A DNA stretch of 64,000 nucleotides from NCBI GenBank assembly GCA_963664485.1, contig OY761459.1, positions 155,098 to 219,097 on the forward strand, written 5' to 3'. Below are positions 48,644 to 58,927 of this stretch, one piece after another. This DNA comes from Syntrophales bacterium (GTDB taxonomy: Bacteria > Desulfobacterota > Syntrophia > Syntrophales > UBA2210). Under the pieces are notes generated by a model. It saw only the letters and a program-made list of their open reading frames with translations, had not been told where the DNA came from and did no database searches. The number at the start of each line of letters is the position of its first letter. Within the stretch, counting starts at the first letter, position 1. Position numbers and translations under genes: made by a program.

Positions 48644-49934
48644 CTGTTTTTTCTTCCAACTCGTTATAAGCCATCAAAATAAAAAGAGAGAGAACGTAGA
48701 CCATTGGACCAAAATAAAAACTCCCCTGGATCGAACGGATAATTGCAAAAACCAGTATGTATTTTAAAGCTTTTATAAAAACATTCCCTTTTTCGGGAAC
48801 GCGTCTCAATATTTTAATGGAAATGATAACAGGGATAATGAGCACAAAAACAAGCCCCGGGATTCCATACAAAAACAATCCACCGAGCACTCCAATATCG
48901 CAAGGATAAAAATGACCGAACAGGGAACGGTACCCATCATTCCATCGGTTACTGATTCTGCCGACACCAAGCCAGGCGCTTAACGGGTGGGTATCAAAAT
49001 AACTCAGAACCTTTTTACTTTGGAAAATCCTGCTGTTGGCTGACGGATCTTCTGACAGCTCCCCGGAAAGAACTTTAAACGATTGCAGAAAAAGATGGCT
49101 CGTGCGGTCCAGATAGCCAGGCTTTAGCGCGTGAATAACAATGAGCGCAATGAGAAGAAAAAGAGAAAATTTTATTAATATAATCGGAATCCTGCTTAAC
49201 GAATAGTTAAAGAATATGTAAAGTAAAAAGGTAAACGCCAGCGCTATAGTGCAGGTCCGGCTCTGGTGGACAAAGAGCACATACGATAAAAAAAATAGAA
49301 ATATGACAATGTATTTATGATTTATATACAGAGTATATTTTACGAAATAATAGAGAGCGCCAAAAATAATAAAATACATTTGAAATCTAAAACGTAACCC
49401 GCGATTAGCATCCATGTAAACGAATTTAGACTGAAAATCGAGTTGGCCGGGGTTATAGAACAATACTAAGAGAGAAAAAATCACCAGCGAAGCCCATGCC
49501 ATGAAGACAAATGTAGACTCAACGGTATCAAGGTGTATCTTTCGTGTAACAACTACATAATAGAACCATACCCCTACTCCTATAAGCAGCCATGAGCGCT
49601 CAGATAAAAACCCGTAGATAAAAGGTTGTCCAAACTCAGTGCTTCCCCGGAACATGCTGTAAAGAGGGATAATGGATATGAGTATCAAAAAATAGAGAAC
49701 AATTTCGTTGATAGAATCTCCTCTACGTACTGTAAGAACAACGTAACTAACGAGAAAAATAGCTATTACGACAAGGAAGACAGCTTGAAATTGGAAGAAA
49801 ATACGTTCAAACGGAGTAGACTGGAAAAATTCCAGCGTGAATATCAAAACAGTTGCTATGAGCAGAATTTGACCAATTTTTGCTGTATTAATATATTTGA
49901 GCAGTGTATCTTTGTTTCCAGTGAGCTTAATCAT
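48633..49934 (-). CDS. Polytopic membrane protein, probable Wzy polymerase
   Basis: About 10 TMs, HQSRT, LGVG; position in the EPS operon. Confidence 0.65.
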   Translation of the reverse strand: MIKLTGNKDTLLKYINTAKIGQILLIATVLIFTLEFFQSTPFERIFFQFQAVFLVVIAIFLVSYVVLTVRRGDSINEIVLYFLILISIIPLYSMFRGSTEFGQPFIYGFLSERSWLLIGVGVWFYYVVVTRKIHLDTVESTFVFMAWASLVIFSLLVLFYNPGQLDFQSKFVYMDANRGLRFRFQMYFIIFGALYYFVKYTLYINHKYIVIFLFFLSYVLFVHQSRTCTIALAFTFLLYIFFNYSLSRIPIILIKFSLFLLIALIVIHALKPGYLDRTSHLFLQSFKVLSGELSEDPSANSRIFQSKKVLSYFDTHPLSAWLGVGRISNRWNDGYRSLFGHFYPCDIGVLGGLFLYGIPGLVFVLIIPVIISIKILRRVPEKGNVFIKALKYILVFAIIRSIQGSFYFGPMVYVLSLFILMAYNELEEKTDVD

Positions 49935-50908
49935 ACTGACACGTTCCCGTTAATTGCTTCTTTGTCCATAATAGTTTTGTCATTTCTAGTATAAAACGGT
50001 TTTATATCCTCACCGATAATATCCAGTATGATGTTCTGTTTTTCCTTTGGAACTTTGCTTTTCCATACATCGACCAACGCCTTGCTGTTTCTCACAAAAT
50101 CATGTTCTTTCCCATTTAAGCTCTCTGCATATAAACCATGGGATGTTGTATCGACATAGCTCCTCATGCGTGAGGTAAAACACACTCCCAACCATTTACA
50201 TATATGATCTATTTCAGCTTCTGGTTTCATGCACAGGTCTTCGTGGCGAACGAGCAGAAGATTGTTGTCTTTTTTGCTGATAGATGTCACCAGCCTGCTC
50301 ATTATTTTCCAGAGTAGGGCAGTAGAGGTAAGATTATCACCCTTGGCTTTCTCCCATAAATGCTCAGAAATTCCAAACCCATAATCATTTAACAGTTTTT
50401 TTTGCCTTGTGAGATTGCTAATGTCAAAAGACCAGTTTTGCTTGCTCACACTATGATAATGAGCACAAGGATGGCGAATCATGCATACAATTTTCATGTT
50501 GTAAATTATGGAAAGATAGTCAATCATAAAAGTGCAGAAAGGATCTTTCCATATCACATGATCAGGTGTCATTCGTAGAAATTGAAGAAGTTTCAACCTA
50601 TTCCATTGTAAATGCCTTTCCCCTCCAAAAAGCTTATACCCGGTTTTTCGCCAGCCGGATTTGGTTGATACGGGTTTGGAAAAACTGCCTTGAAACAGTA
50701 ATGCCTTTTGAAGAATCTCTTCGGCATACGAAGATGCATCTTCCGCCCTCCAATAGGTATAACGAGGAGGCGCATATTCCAAGCCCCAAACATCGTTGAA
50801 TGGTTCGTAGATCACAGAGGTTGAATGTGACAATGATAAAATACGACCGATATAGGTGGTACCGCTTCGATGGAGGCCGCAAATAACACCTGTATTTGTT
50901 TTTTTCAT
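49931..50908 (-). CDS. Sulfotransferase
   Basis: GLHRSGTT, YEPF, KDP, IRHP....S, VRHEDL. Confidence 0.85.
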   Translation of the reverse strand: MKKTNTGVICGLHRSGTTYIGRILSLSHSTSVIYEPFNDVWGLEYAPPRYTYWRAEDASSYAEEILQKALLFQGSFSKPVSTKSGWRKTGYKLFGGERHLQWNRLKLLQFLRMTPDHVIWKDPFCTFMIDYLSIIYNMKIVCMIRHPCAHYHSVSKQNWSFDISNLTRQKKLLNDYGFGISEHLWEKAKGDNLTSTALLWKIMSRLVTSISKKDNNLLLVRHEDLCMKPEAEIDHICKWLGVCFTSRMRSYVDTTSHGLYAESLNGKEHDFVRNSKALVDVWKSKVPKEKQNIILDIIGEDIKPFYTRNDKTIMDKEAINGNVSV

Positions 50909-51405
50909 TGGAATGACTTATGAAATTTTAACCGGTAACGCAGATCCTTCGTCCGGGCACCTATTTTCTCAGCCGGGACACCACCAACAATCGTATAGGG
51001 AGCAACATCTTTGGTAACCACGGCGCCCGCGGCAACAACAGCACCCTTTCCGACGGTTACATCAGGCATAATAACAACCCTGCTGATCCAGGCGTAATCC
51101 TCGATAATAACCGGCCCACCTTTAAGACCATAGAAAGGATCCTGGGTATCATGTTCCATGGTCCAAATCCACACACCCATGGAGAGAGAAACATTATCAC
51201 CTATCCTGATCCCATTCCTTGCATCCAGCATGGCGTCGTTTCCTATGATCGAATTGTTTCCCACAAAAAGCCTCCCTGGCTTGAAAAATCTGGTCCTCCA
51301 ATGGAACGATGTATTTTTGCCAATACGTACTCCGCATATACGATATAGTGTTTTTCTGAAAATATGACAGGGAACATACCCCACCATGGTGAGAAGAAAT
51401 AACAT
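50905..51405 (-). CDS. Hexapeptide-repeat O-acetyltransferase
   Basis: IGDNVSL, PV.IEDYAW, VGKGAVVAAGAVVTKDV.PY.IVGGVPA; a short N-terminal extension from ATG 51449 may be lost to a 1-nt frameshift. Confidence 0.9.
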   Translation of the reverse strand: MLFLLTMVGYVPCHIFRKTLYRICGVRIGKNTSFHWRTRFFKPGRLFVGNNSIIGNDAMLDARNGIRIGDNVSLSMGVWIWTMEHDTQDPFYGLKGGPVIIEDYAWISRVVIMPDVTVGKGAVVAAGAVVTKDVAPYTIVGGVPAEKIGARTKDLRYRLKFHKSFQ

Positions 51406-51513
51406 AAAATCTTCGCCGAAATGGAATAGTCTTTAATCAATATCTTCATTTCTCTCTTTCAGCCCACTGTGTTAAGGGTTTGAGGTTAAATACGATTTAA
51501 AATCTTTCTTATT

Positions 51514-52791
51514 TCACGCATTGGATTTAGCCTGTTTGTGTTTTCTGTTATTTTTGACATGTATGTATTTTGGTGAATTATAATAGTTCCTATTTAACCA
51601 GGACCTCAAAGTCACTTTCAGTCCGCTCCCCTTGTAACGGATAATTGAAAAAATATCCGGGATACGTTTAAGAAAAAACATTTGATAGAGAGGGATGCAG
51701 GACCCTGCGGCGCGCTCTGAATTCTGAACAACGTTTTGTTGCTGATTATATATATCGTTTATGCTGAGTTTCCTGGTAACCTTAAAAAAATCTGAGTCTA
51801 TTGCCTCCCTCACAATTTGACGTCCTTTGTCACTCCTGATGATTATTGAGCTGTTTCCTATGTTCTCTGTCTCCAGATTATCCGGAGTCCAGGGATCTGA
51901 GACGGATATGTCGGCATATTGTGCCCAATGATCTGTACAATTATGACATCGTAACGGATGGTCCCTTGCAACCAGATAAAACAATTCATCTCCAATAACT
52001 TCTTTGTTTTTATACGTTAATAAAGGCCTCCGGAGTACGATCTCATCGTTATCCCCATACGCCGTAAAACTTCCCGGCCAGCCGTTTCCCCTGTAATAAA
52101 TCTTTTTTATCTCCTTTTCATCGGCACCATATCGTTTAAGAAACGACCTCGTACTCGATCGAGAAGCCATTCCGGCACAGATAAACCCCAGACTTAAAAC
52201 AATTCTTTCTTCAAGTTCTTTGTACTGACTCTGCAAATTACGTAATCCCTCGATATTACAGGGAGTCCCTATGAATACATATCTTCCGGAACGTTCCAAT
52301 ACCTCCTTCAAGGCGCCACATGCGGAGACCGGCGTATACCTGGAGCCTCTACAGCCAAGTAACGTTTCTCTGTCCAGCGCTATAAATGTATCGCTGATCA
52401 GAGCATCTTTACTGTTACTGCATGAGACCAGGCCGCCATCACAAAGGCCCTTTGACATCATATACAGAATCAGGCCCGTAACGAACCCTCCTGATGCGGA
52501 ATTAAAGCGAATCTCTTCATCAGTGCAATGAATTTCCAAATGTTCATTCGATTCACACATACCACCATAAATATTATTCGGTATTGTTGTATCTTTTAAT
52601 AAATATACACTGGGGCAACTTTCTACACACAATCCACATTCAGTACATCGTTCTTGATCTATCGAGGGATAATTAAACCTGATTCCGTATCTCAATTCAA
52701 TACACGATGTCGGGCACGCAACATAACAGGCACCACAACCGATACACATCTTCTTATCAACAACAGTTTTGATGGTCTTTATTCTTTTCAT
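51514..52791 (-). CDS. FrhB/FdhB (F420 hydrogenase beta)-like protein with 2x[4Fe-4S] ferredoxin
   Basis: CIGCGAC...CP, CTECGLC...CP, SASGG, GSRY, GTPC, YRG.GWPG, ADISV.D.W. Confidence 0.88.
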   Translation of the reverse strand: MKRIKTIKTVVDKKMCIGCGACYVACPTSCIELRYGIRFNYPSIDQERCTECGLCVESCPSVYLLKDTTIPNNIYGGMCESNEHLEIHCTDEEIRFNSASGGFVTGLILYMMSKGLCDGGLVSCSNSKDALISDTFIALDRETLLGCRGSRYTPVSACGALKEVLERSGRYVFIGTPCNIEGLRNLQSQYKELEERIVLSLGFICAGMASRSSTRSFLKRYGADEKEIKKIYYRGNGWPGSFTAYGDNDEIVLRRPLLTYKNKEVIGDELFYLVARDHPLRCHNCTDHWAQYADISVSDPWTPDNLETENIGNSSIIIRSDKGRQIVREAIDSDFFKVTRKLSINDIYNQQQNVVQNSERAAGSCIPLYQMFFLKRIPDIFSIIRYKGSGLKVTLRSWLNRNYYNSPKYIHVKNNRKHKQAKSNA

Positions 52792-52907
52792 CAGATATCA
52801 GCTTTTTATAGTATAGAAACCGGAGATAACGGAAAATGTCTGTTTATCCCGCTTAATTGTTTCACCTCTTGTTTCCCGATACAAAATTTATCGTAAACAT
52901 AACGGTG

Positions 52908-54203
52908 TTAAAGACACGATTCAACAATTTGATCCATCTGTAATTCAGCACGAAGCTTGACATCCGGCAAAGCCGATTCGAGAGACTCTCTGATTTCTTC
53001 GTGCCGCTGAAAAGAAACGAAAAGGCCATCGATCACATCTCCTGTTGACAGGCGGCGGGGATCAATAACCTGATCGCCCTGGCCACAGGTTTCAAATACT
53101 CCCCGGGTCTTGATGCTGTAGGCGATCCCCGCCGTAGGGACTTCCGTCGACAATCCCGCAATTGCTGCATGCATACGAGTACCGCAAAACCAATCACACC
53201 GGGAAATTATCCACTTTGTTTCCGACTGGTCATAATACGGCGGCAAAGCTGACAGTCGGCTCCCTGCGACACCTGCCAGTTTTTGGATAATATCATTGTT
53301 GGCGTCCGGATCGGACTCACGTTTACCCTTCTTCGTCAGCACATGTGGTATTAATAGAATATTAACATCCGTCTTTGTTAATATCTGCCGTAAGAATTCA
53401 ACAACTACGTTTCGATAATCCGCCCGGAACCCGTACCGATGAATTGCAGCATCCGGATCGTTATAAATAAGACCACTGATATTAAAACCGATAGTTTTTC
53501 GACGTCTATCAATATCCAGCCACTTTACCACCGTATCAGGAAGCACTCTTCGGGGTCTGGCTGCCGGGAGGGCAAATGCCACGTCTATGCCTGAATGATG
53601 TCGTGCCGGATCATAGGAACTGCCGAGCAATTCTCGCAATCCGGCAAAACTGTTTTCATCACGCGCCCATGCGGCAGTCGCATTACAAACGATTCGTTCG
53701 GCAATATTACGACAACGAGGACTATTAAACGGACCATAGGTCTGCGGTAAAAGAATTAGAGGACGATTCTGTTCGAGTGCTATCAGTTTAGTAAGCGTAA
53801 TCCAATTAAAACGATGAGGGCCATACATATCTGTAAAACTGTCACCGCCGCTGATGTCGAGCACACATCGGGCATCGGCAATGGCTTTCACTCCGGGATT
53901 CCACAATCCACCCAACCAGGAACTCACGCGCATATTCCAGAGATTGTCTTGTCGGTAATATCGACGCGAATGATTAGCGCACATTAAGGTATACTTAAAA
54001 GAGAGCCCTTCGGTGCTATATGTTTTAGTATGCACGCCTCTTTTTACATCAAACACTGTTAACTGTGTCCGGGGGATGCGTTTCATTATGCCGATCATTG
54101 TGGAAAATGACAAAGCTGAAACACCCAGGTTTTCTGAGGTTGGCATAGCACCGAATATACAAAAAGCTGGTGCATTATTTCCATCGATCTTCCGATTTAT
54201 CAT
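52908..54203 (-). CDS. Polysaccharide pyruvyl transferase family (WcaK-like)
   Basis: N.G..AL, GGDSF.D.YG, PQT.GPF, ARD..S, D.AF, RMH..IA. Confidence 0.88.
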   Translation of the reverse strand: MINRKIDGNNAPAFCIFGAMPTSENLGVSALSFSTMIGIMKRIPRTQLTVFDVKRGVHTKTYSTEGLSFKYTLMCANHSRRYYRQDNLWNMRVSSWLGGLWNPGVKAIADARCVLDISGGDSFTDMYGPHRFNWITLTKLIALEQNRPLILLPQTYGPFNSPRCRNIAERIVCNATAAWARDENSFAGLRELLGSSYDPARHHSGIDVAFALPAARPRRVLPDTVVKWLDIDRRRKTIGFNISGLIYNDPDAAIHRYGFRADYRNVVVEFLRQILTKTDVNILLIPHVLTKKGKRESDPDANNDIIQKLAGVAGSRLSALPPYYDQSETKWIISRCDWFCGTRMHAAIAGLSTEVPTAGIAYSIKTRGVFETCGQGDQVIDPRRLSTGDVIDGLFVSFQRHEEIRESLESALPDVKLRAELQMDQIVESCL

Positions 54204-54442
54204 GTTAAAAGCTTATAATTTGTCACGTTTCGGTACCGGAATGCAGGGATAATCAGTGATCAGATTGAATAAATCATAATAGCGCATCAGGTCCGTATAG
54301 TACCTTGAACACAGGTGCAAGTATGGGATCGACTGCCTTTCCTTTTTCGGAAACTCTGTTTTTCGACTGTTCATTCGACAGGAATACGATAGTACACAAG
54401 CTGCGCCATTCCTGTTTACATGTTGTATCTCATACGGCACTG

Positions 54443-55255
54443 TCACATATGGGTGCCGCAATCTGTGCGTCTGGAAAAAAACCTGAGCAGAGAACGAACA
54501 GGCTCAAAACAAAATTGATTTTCACGTTTAGAAAAATAATCCCAAATTTGAGGGTAATTCCTGTAGAGTGTTTCGTGCCGATGAAAAACCTGCAGAGATG
54601 TCTTATTAATTCTCCTTTTACATTTATTCATTCTTCCGGTACGACTTGCTTCTTGATCATTATAGGTGCGATAGAATACCAGGGGCTTGTTAATCTTAAA
54701 TACTTCTCTGCCTAATTCGATAATTGACAACCAGAAATCGTAATCTTCCAGTCCGTAAACCAACTCTTCGGAATATCCCGGTGTTATATTCCAATCATCT
54801 TTTCTGAAACAGGAATTCGCTACGATACAATTTGCATAGAGCATATTTTCGATGGAATACTCCTTCACCTCAAATCGACCGGATCGAGCACCGAAACGTT
54901 CGACATCGCTATATACAATCCCCGCATTCGGATGAGAATCGAATACCGGGACGCACTGTTCCAGAAAATGCTGAGCTATCTTATCATCGGCATCAAGGTT
55001 CAGTATTATCTCACCCTGGGCATGGTTTATTGCGAGATTACGGGCATGCGCAGGTCCATAGTGCTTCGTATGAAAAACCCTGACCTTTTCATGATGAATA
55101 CAATCCAGGATCTCCCGTGAATCATCGGTGGAACCGTCATTAACTATGACTACTTCGAAGTCTTGAAAGGTTTGACTTAAAACTGAATCGAGCATGTCGA
55201 AAATATATTTGCCATGATTGTAACATGGAGAAATAATGGATGCCTTGACGGTCAT
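54443..55255 (-). CDS. GT2 glycosyltransferase
   Basis: SII.PCYN, VNDGSTD, ARN, LDADD, EDYDFW. Confidence 0.92.
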   Translation of the reverse strand: MTVKASIISPCYNHGKYIFDMLDSVLSQTFQDFEVVIVNDGSTDDSREILDCIHHEKVRVFHTKHYGPAHARNLAINHAQGEIILNLDADDKIAQHFLEQCVPVFDSHPNAGIVYSDVERFGARSGRFEVKEYSIENMLYANCIVANSCFRKDDWNITPGYSEELVYGLEDYDFWLSIIELGREVFKINKPLVFYRTYNDQEASRTGRMNKCKRRINKTSLQVFHRHETLYRNYPQIWDYFSKRENQFCFEPVRSLLRFFSRRTDCGTHM

Positions 55256-55986
55256 CTTCTTCCCCTGAAAATTCCCAATCTGTTAGTATTAACGGATTGA
55301 ATAGCATATGCCTCTGCAAAAAGAACTTCCTTTGGTAAGGTGTAGGTCCTGTACGTATTCAATGCCATAATCTTTTTTCGATAATCCTGAACCTTCAGCT
55401 GGCTTTTGAAACAATCCATAGCAGATAGCAGAATCTCCGCAATATCCGTAATATCATGTAGATAGTTCGGCGATAAAGGAGCACTTATTTCGTAAGAAAT
55501 CAAATATCTGACCGTTTTTGTTGTGACATTTTTTAAGGCCTCCTGAACGGCTTTGTTCAGTATACGGTGATCCGGGTGGATTTCCGAATCTGCGGGATAA
55601 TAAATGTTGGAAGGATTACTGCTTTCTATTATCGATTGTATCGAATTAACTAATTTTTTATCTAAAACTAAGGAACGATCATGAAAATCCAGAAATTCAG
55701 GTTCCTCGCAACCAATAATTTTTGCCGCGGCAATAGATTCCCTTTTCCGGATTTCCGGATAACCGGGATTCTTCTGTTCGTCGGTTACCGGATAGCCACT
55801 ATCGGTCACAATAACCGTTTTCACTACATCGTTCTGCTGTACACACCTGATCATCGCACCACCACAACCGAAAATTTCATCGTCTGCGTGGGGTGCAAGA
55901 ATCAGCGTTCTGCCGGAGGGAACACTTCTTTTTGCCTTATAAGGGATATGTTCCTGTTCCGGTCGTATTTTCCTGATGTTACTCAT
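55252..55986 (-). CDS. PIG-L/LmbE family deacetylase
   Basis: APHADDE..GCGG, HPDH, F.SQ. Confidence 0.9.
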   Translation of the reverse strand: MSNIRKIRPEQEHIPYKAKRSVPSGRTLILAPHADDEIFGCGGAMIRCVQQNDVVKTVIVTDSGYPVTDEQKNPGYPEIRKRESIAAAKIIGCEEPEFLDFHDRSLVLDKKLVNSIQSIIESSNPSNIYYPADSEIHPDHRILNKAVQEALKNVTTKTVRYLISYEISAPLSPNYLHDITDIAEILLSAMDCFKSQLKVQDYRKKIMALNTYRTYTLPKEVLFAEAYAIQSVNTNRLGIFRGRR

Positions 55987-56997
55987 TCAGAACAAGTCTC
56001 CGTCCGCCATTGTATAAAAGAATGCATCGAAATGTGTCAAGTCGATCGTGCCGTTATACTCCCTATAGGCGGGAACAATCCCGATCGGTTCTTTAGTTTT
56101 TTTGAATCCGGATTCAATAAGCCCACGGGTTATAAAGTGATTGTCTGGAATCCAGATTCTTACCCTTTTGATTTTCTCTTGTATTAACATGTTAATTCCT
56201 GCCCTGATTAAACGATCAAGTTCGTCCTTGTCCCCGGCGGAGAATATGTCCACAATAGTTGCGGTCTTGTTACCCGGCAGGAAAATAAGATACCCGGTCA
56301 ACTCATTCTTTGTGTTGAATAACCCCAAGGTGCGATAGCTGTGTACGGGATGGTGGAAAAAACGCCAGCTCAGGAATCGTGAATTTCTGATAACCGAATA
56401 CGGATACTCTCGCTTATTCTTTTGCCAGAGTTTGTCGAACTGTTCGTCGATCTCATGTAAAACCCGTATGTTTTCCGACGCTGTAAAACGGCTTCTCTTG
56501 AAAAGATTGATTTTCAGTTCAAAATAGAAGTGCTCATGAGGCATTGCCGTATAGCTTAGAAGTGAATTCCCCAGGCTGTAATGTTTTATTCCGGGAAATC
56601 CATAATGAATTGTGCTCAGCCGGGCGTTTCCAAAGACATTGAAAAAATGTTCCACGGTGAGAGTGAAAAGTTTTTTGCCATCGGACAGGATATGCCGATA
56701 GTCCGGATGCGACATGCTGTCTACGCACTGAGTCATGATTATCTCCTGCATGTTCCATTGAGCGGGAAATGGAATGCCGCCATGGAAAACAACGGGCGTA
56801 TTCGATTGATCGACGCACACCATCACCTCACGACCGAAGGGATTGCCGTGAAATTTCCAACGCCAGATTCTTCTATCTAAAGTTTTTCCAAATGCCGATT
56901 CCCAGAGTCGTACGACTCCTTCTTCGTCTTCATCCCGATACGGCCGCAGCAGGAATGTACCAAATTCGGTACGTATCTCTTTTTCTAATCCTGCCAT
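55987..56997 (-). CDS. GNAT family N-acetyltransferase
   Basis: W.WKF..NP, D.M.HPDYR, YGFP, R...L.WRF..HP. Confidence 0.75.
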   Translation of the reverse strand: MAGLEKEIRTEFGTFLLRPYRDEDEEGVVRLWESAFGKTLDRRIWRWKFHGNPFGREVMVCVDQSNTPVVFHGGIPFPAQWNMQEIIMTQCVDSMSHPDYRHILSDGKKLFTLTVEHFFNVFGNARLSTIHYGFPGIKHYSLGNSLLSYTAMPHEHFYFELKINLFKRSRFTASENIRVLHEIDEQFDKLWQKNKREYPYSVIRNSRFLSWRFFHHPVHSYRTLGLFNTKNELTGYLIFLPGNKTATIVDIFSAGDKDELDRLIRAGINMLIQEKIKRVRIWIPDNHFITRGLIESGFKKTKEPIGIVPAYREYNGTIDLTHFDAFFYTMADGDLF

Positions 56998-58178
56998 CGA
57001 TTCTCCTGATCCGCATTACAACAAAGGTAAATATCTTCCAGTTTCTTTGCAATCTCCTCTGCGCCGGGCCACTTTTCTGAAATTATTTTTGTTTGTTCCC
57101 TGAGTTTCGTTCTTTGTTTATCCGATGCAAGTAATTGTTGAATCCGGTCTGCGATCATATATTTATCATCATCTACCAATATGACCGCGTCCTGCAATAA
57201 TTCCGGCACAGCCCCGACATTCGTGCAGATCGATGGTATACCGGCCAAAACAGCTTCACAGTTGGCCAATCCGAAAGATTCCGTCGAAGAAACACTGATA
57301 TACATATCCGCAGCGGATAAATACGTGCCGATAGTGTCTGTTACTCTGATTTCAAAATTATTATGTACCCCCCTCTCTTTTGCAAGGGCCAGTAATTTAT
57401 CCTTTTCCGAACCCTCTCCCAATACAATTATTCGAGGTCGTTTTTCGGCCGGGATCAAAGAAACCGCCTCTACAAGTAAGGAGAACCGTTTCATCGGATC
57501 GAGCCGCCCGACAGCAAGAAGAAGGACATCATCTTCCGATAAGCCCAGTCTGCTTCTGGCACTTTTTCTACTTTCCAGAACTACATTTACCGCATGCGGA
57601 ACGACATGGCATTTTTCAGGGACGCTGTCGATATTCATTTCTTTCGCCATCTGATACATTCCGCTTGCAGTGGGAGAAATAATCCACTGCGCATATGTCT
57701 TCGCTTTCATTTCCATTTTCTGCAAGGGTAAAAGATCATCCTTCTGCAGATGTATCCCGACATAGTTTTTTACGAACCTTCCAAAAGAATGTATCGTATA
57801 TCCCCAGTATTTTGTCGAATTATAGATTTTAGAAAAGAAGTGATAATAATAGCCGATCAAAGGATCGTGGCAATGAACATGAGAGATTCTTTCTCTGGCG
57901 GCATATTTGGCGGCTCTTCTCACAATGGAAAGACCTTCTCGTATCAGTGTAGAGGTTAAATCCTCTTTTCTGCTGAAACATCTGAGGAAAAGTGTGCAAT
58001 ATATATATTCTGGAAGATTCTCAATTACACCGGATTTTACTTGTTCGGATCGTTTACGGTCAAAAATTTCTACCCGGTGACCACGGTTTTCCATACTCCG
58101 GATTACGGGCAACAGACTTTTCCTGATACCATACCTGGCATCACTGTTTCCTTCCCGTGTTATGTGCAGAATTCTCAT
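56985..58178 (-). CDS. GT4 glycosyltransferase
   Basis: VGRLDP.K, ESFGLA..EA...G.P.I.T.VG. Confidence 0.9.
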   Translation of the reverse strand: MRILHITREGNSDARYGIRKSLLPVIRSMENRGHRVEIFDRKRSEQVKSGVIENLPEYIYCTLFLRCFSRKEDLTSTLIREGLSIVRRAAKYAARERISHVHCHDPLIGYYYHFFSKIYNSTKYWGYTIHSFGRFVKNYVGIHLQKDDLLPLQKMEMKAKTYAQWIISPTASGMYQMAKEMNIDSVPEKCHVVPHAVNVVLESRKSARSRLGLSEDDVLLLAVGRLDPMKRFSLLVEAVSLIPAEKRPRIIVLGEGSEKDKLLALAKERGVHNNFEIRVTDTIGTYLSAADMYISVSSTESFGLANCEAVLAGIPSICTNVGAVPELLQDAVILVDDDKYMIADRIQQLLASDKQRTKLREQTKIISEKWPGAEEIAKKLEDIYLCCNADQENRWQD

Positions 58179-58927
58179 AATAAAAGATCGCTTATCCGCC
58201 AGAGGCCTAAGCTTTTATCCTTATACTGTGCCTGTTCACAGTTTTCTCGAATTATCAAAACGGGTCGTGGAAATGTAAATGGTTGTTTTTCCAGGTTGAT
58301 CGGCCTCCAGTAATCAATACCGAGTTGTGAATTAATTTTACATTCTGTAAAGGTTGTAGCCAAAAGATATTTTGAACCGCTTCTTCGGATATTTTTCAGG
58401 GCGGCTTTTGCGTCGTTAAATGTCAAATGCACCAGACAGTCACGGCATAAAATCAAATCAACTTCCGGCAAATCATCTTTAATAATATCAAGAACCCGGA
58501 ATCCGTGGTTTTCATCTGAAAATAACTGATTATTGATTTCAATAATCCTGTCGACAATATCAGCACCTGTATATGTACAATTTTGCAGATCAACATGTTG
58601 CATCCAGTTATAATCACCACAGGGGATATCAAGCAGGGAATGCATATTATAGTCTTTTATCAGATGCGGCAGGGTGTTTCTTATTTCTTTTGTCGATTCA
58701 ATTGATGATCCGGGACCGGAAACCGATTGCGGATCTCCCCAGAGATTTTTTTCATATACCAGGGTAAACAGTTCTTTCGGGGAAAGAGATATTATAATTT
58801 TTCGATACAATTTCTGCAGAAACCATTCCTTTTTGTGAAAACTGTGTTTCTTGAGCAGTATATCGAGCAAGGCATCTCTATCGTATCTGTTTAATGTCTT
58901 CGCAATAAACTTATCAAATGCGTTCAT
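58175..58927 (-). CDS. Class I SAM-dependent methyltransferase
   Basis: S.SGPGS, LLDIPCGD.NW, Y.GADIV, DLI.CRD..VHL. Confidence 0.88.
   Translation of the reverse strand: MNAFDKFIAKTLNRYDRDALLDILLKKHSFHKKEWFLQKLYRKIIISLSPKELFTLVYEKNLWGDPQSVSGPGSSIESTKEIRNTLPHLIKDYNMHSLLDIPCGDYNWMQHVDLQNCTYTGADIVDRIIEINNQLFSDENHGFRVLDIIKDDLPEVDLILCRDCLVHLTFNDAKAALKNIRRSGSKYLLATTFTECKINSQLGIDYWRPINLEKQPFTFPRPVLIIRENCEQAQYKDKSLGLWRISDLLL

Noticed and set aside
51514-52791. True F420 hydrogenase subunit
   Set aside because: No large/small hydrogenase subunits; context is a polysaccharide operon
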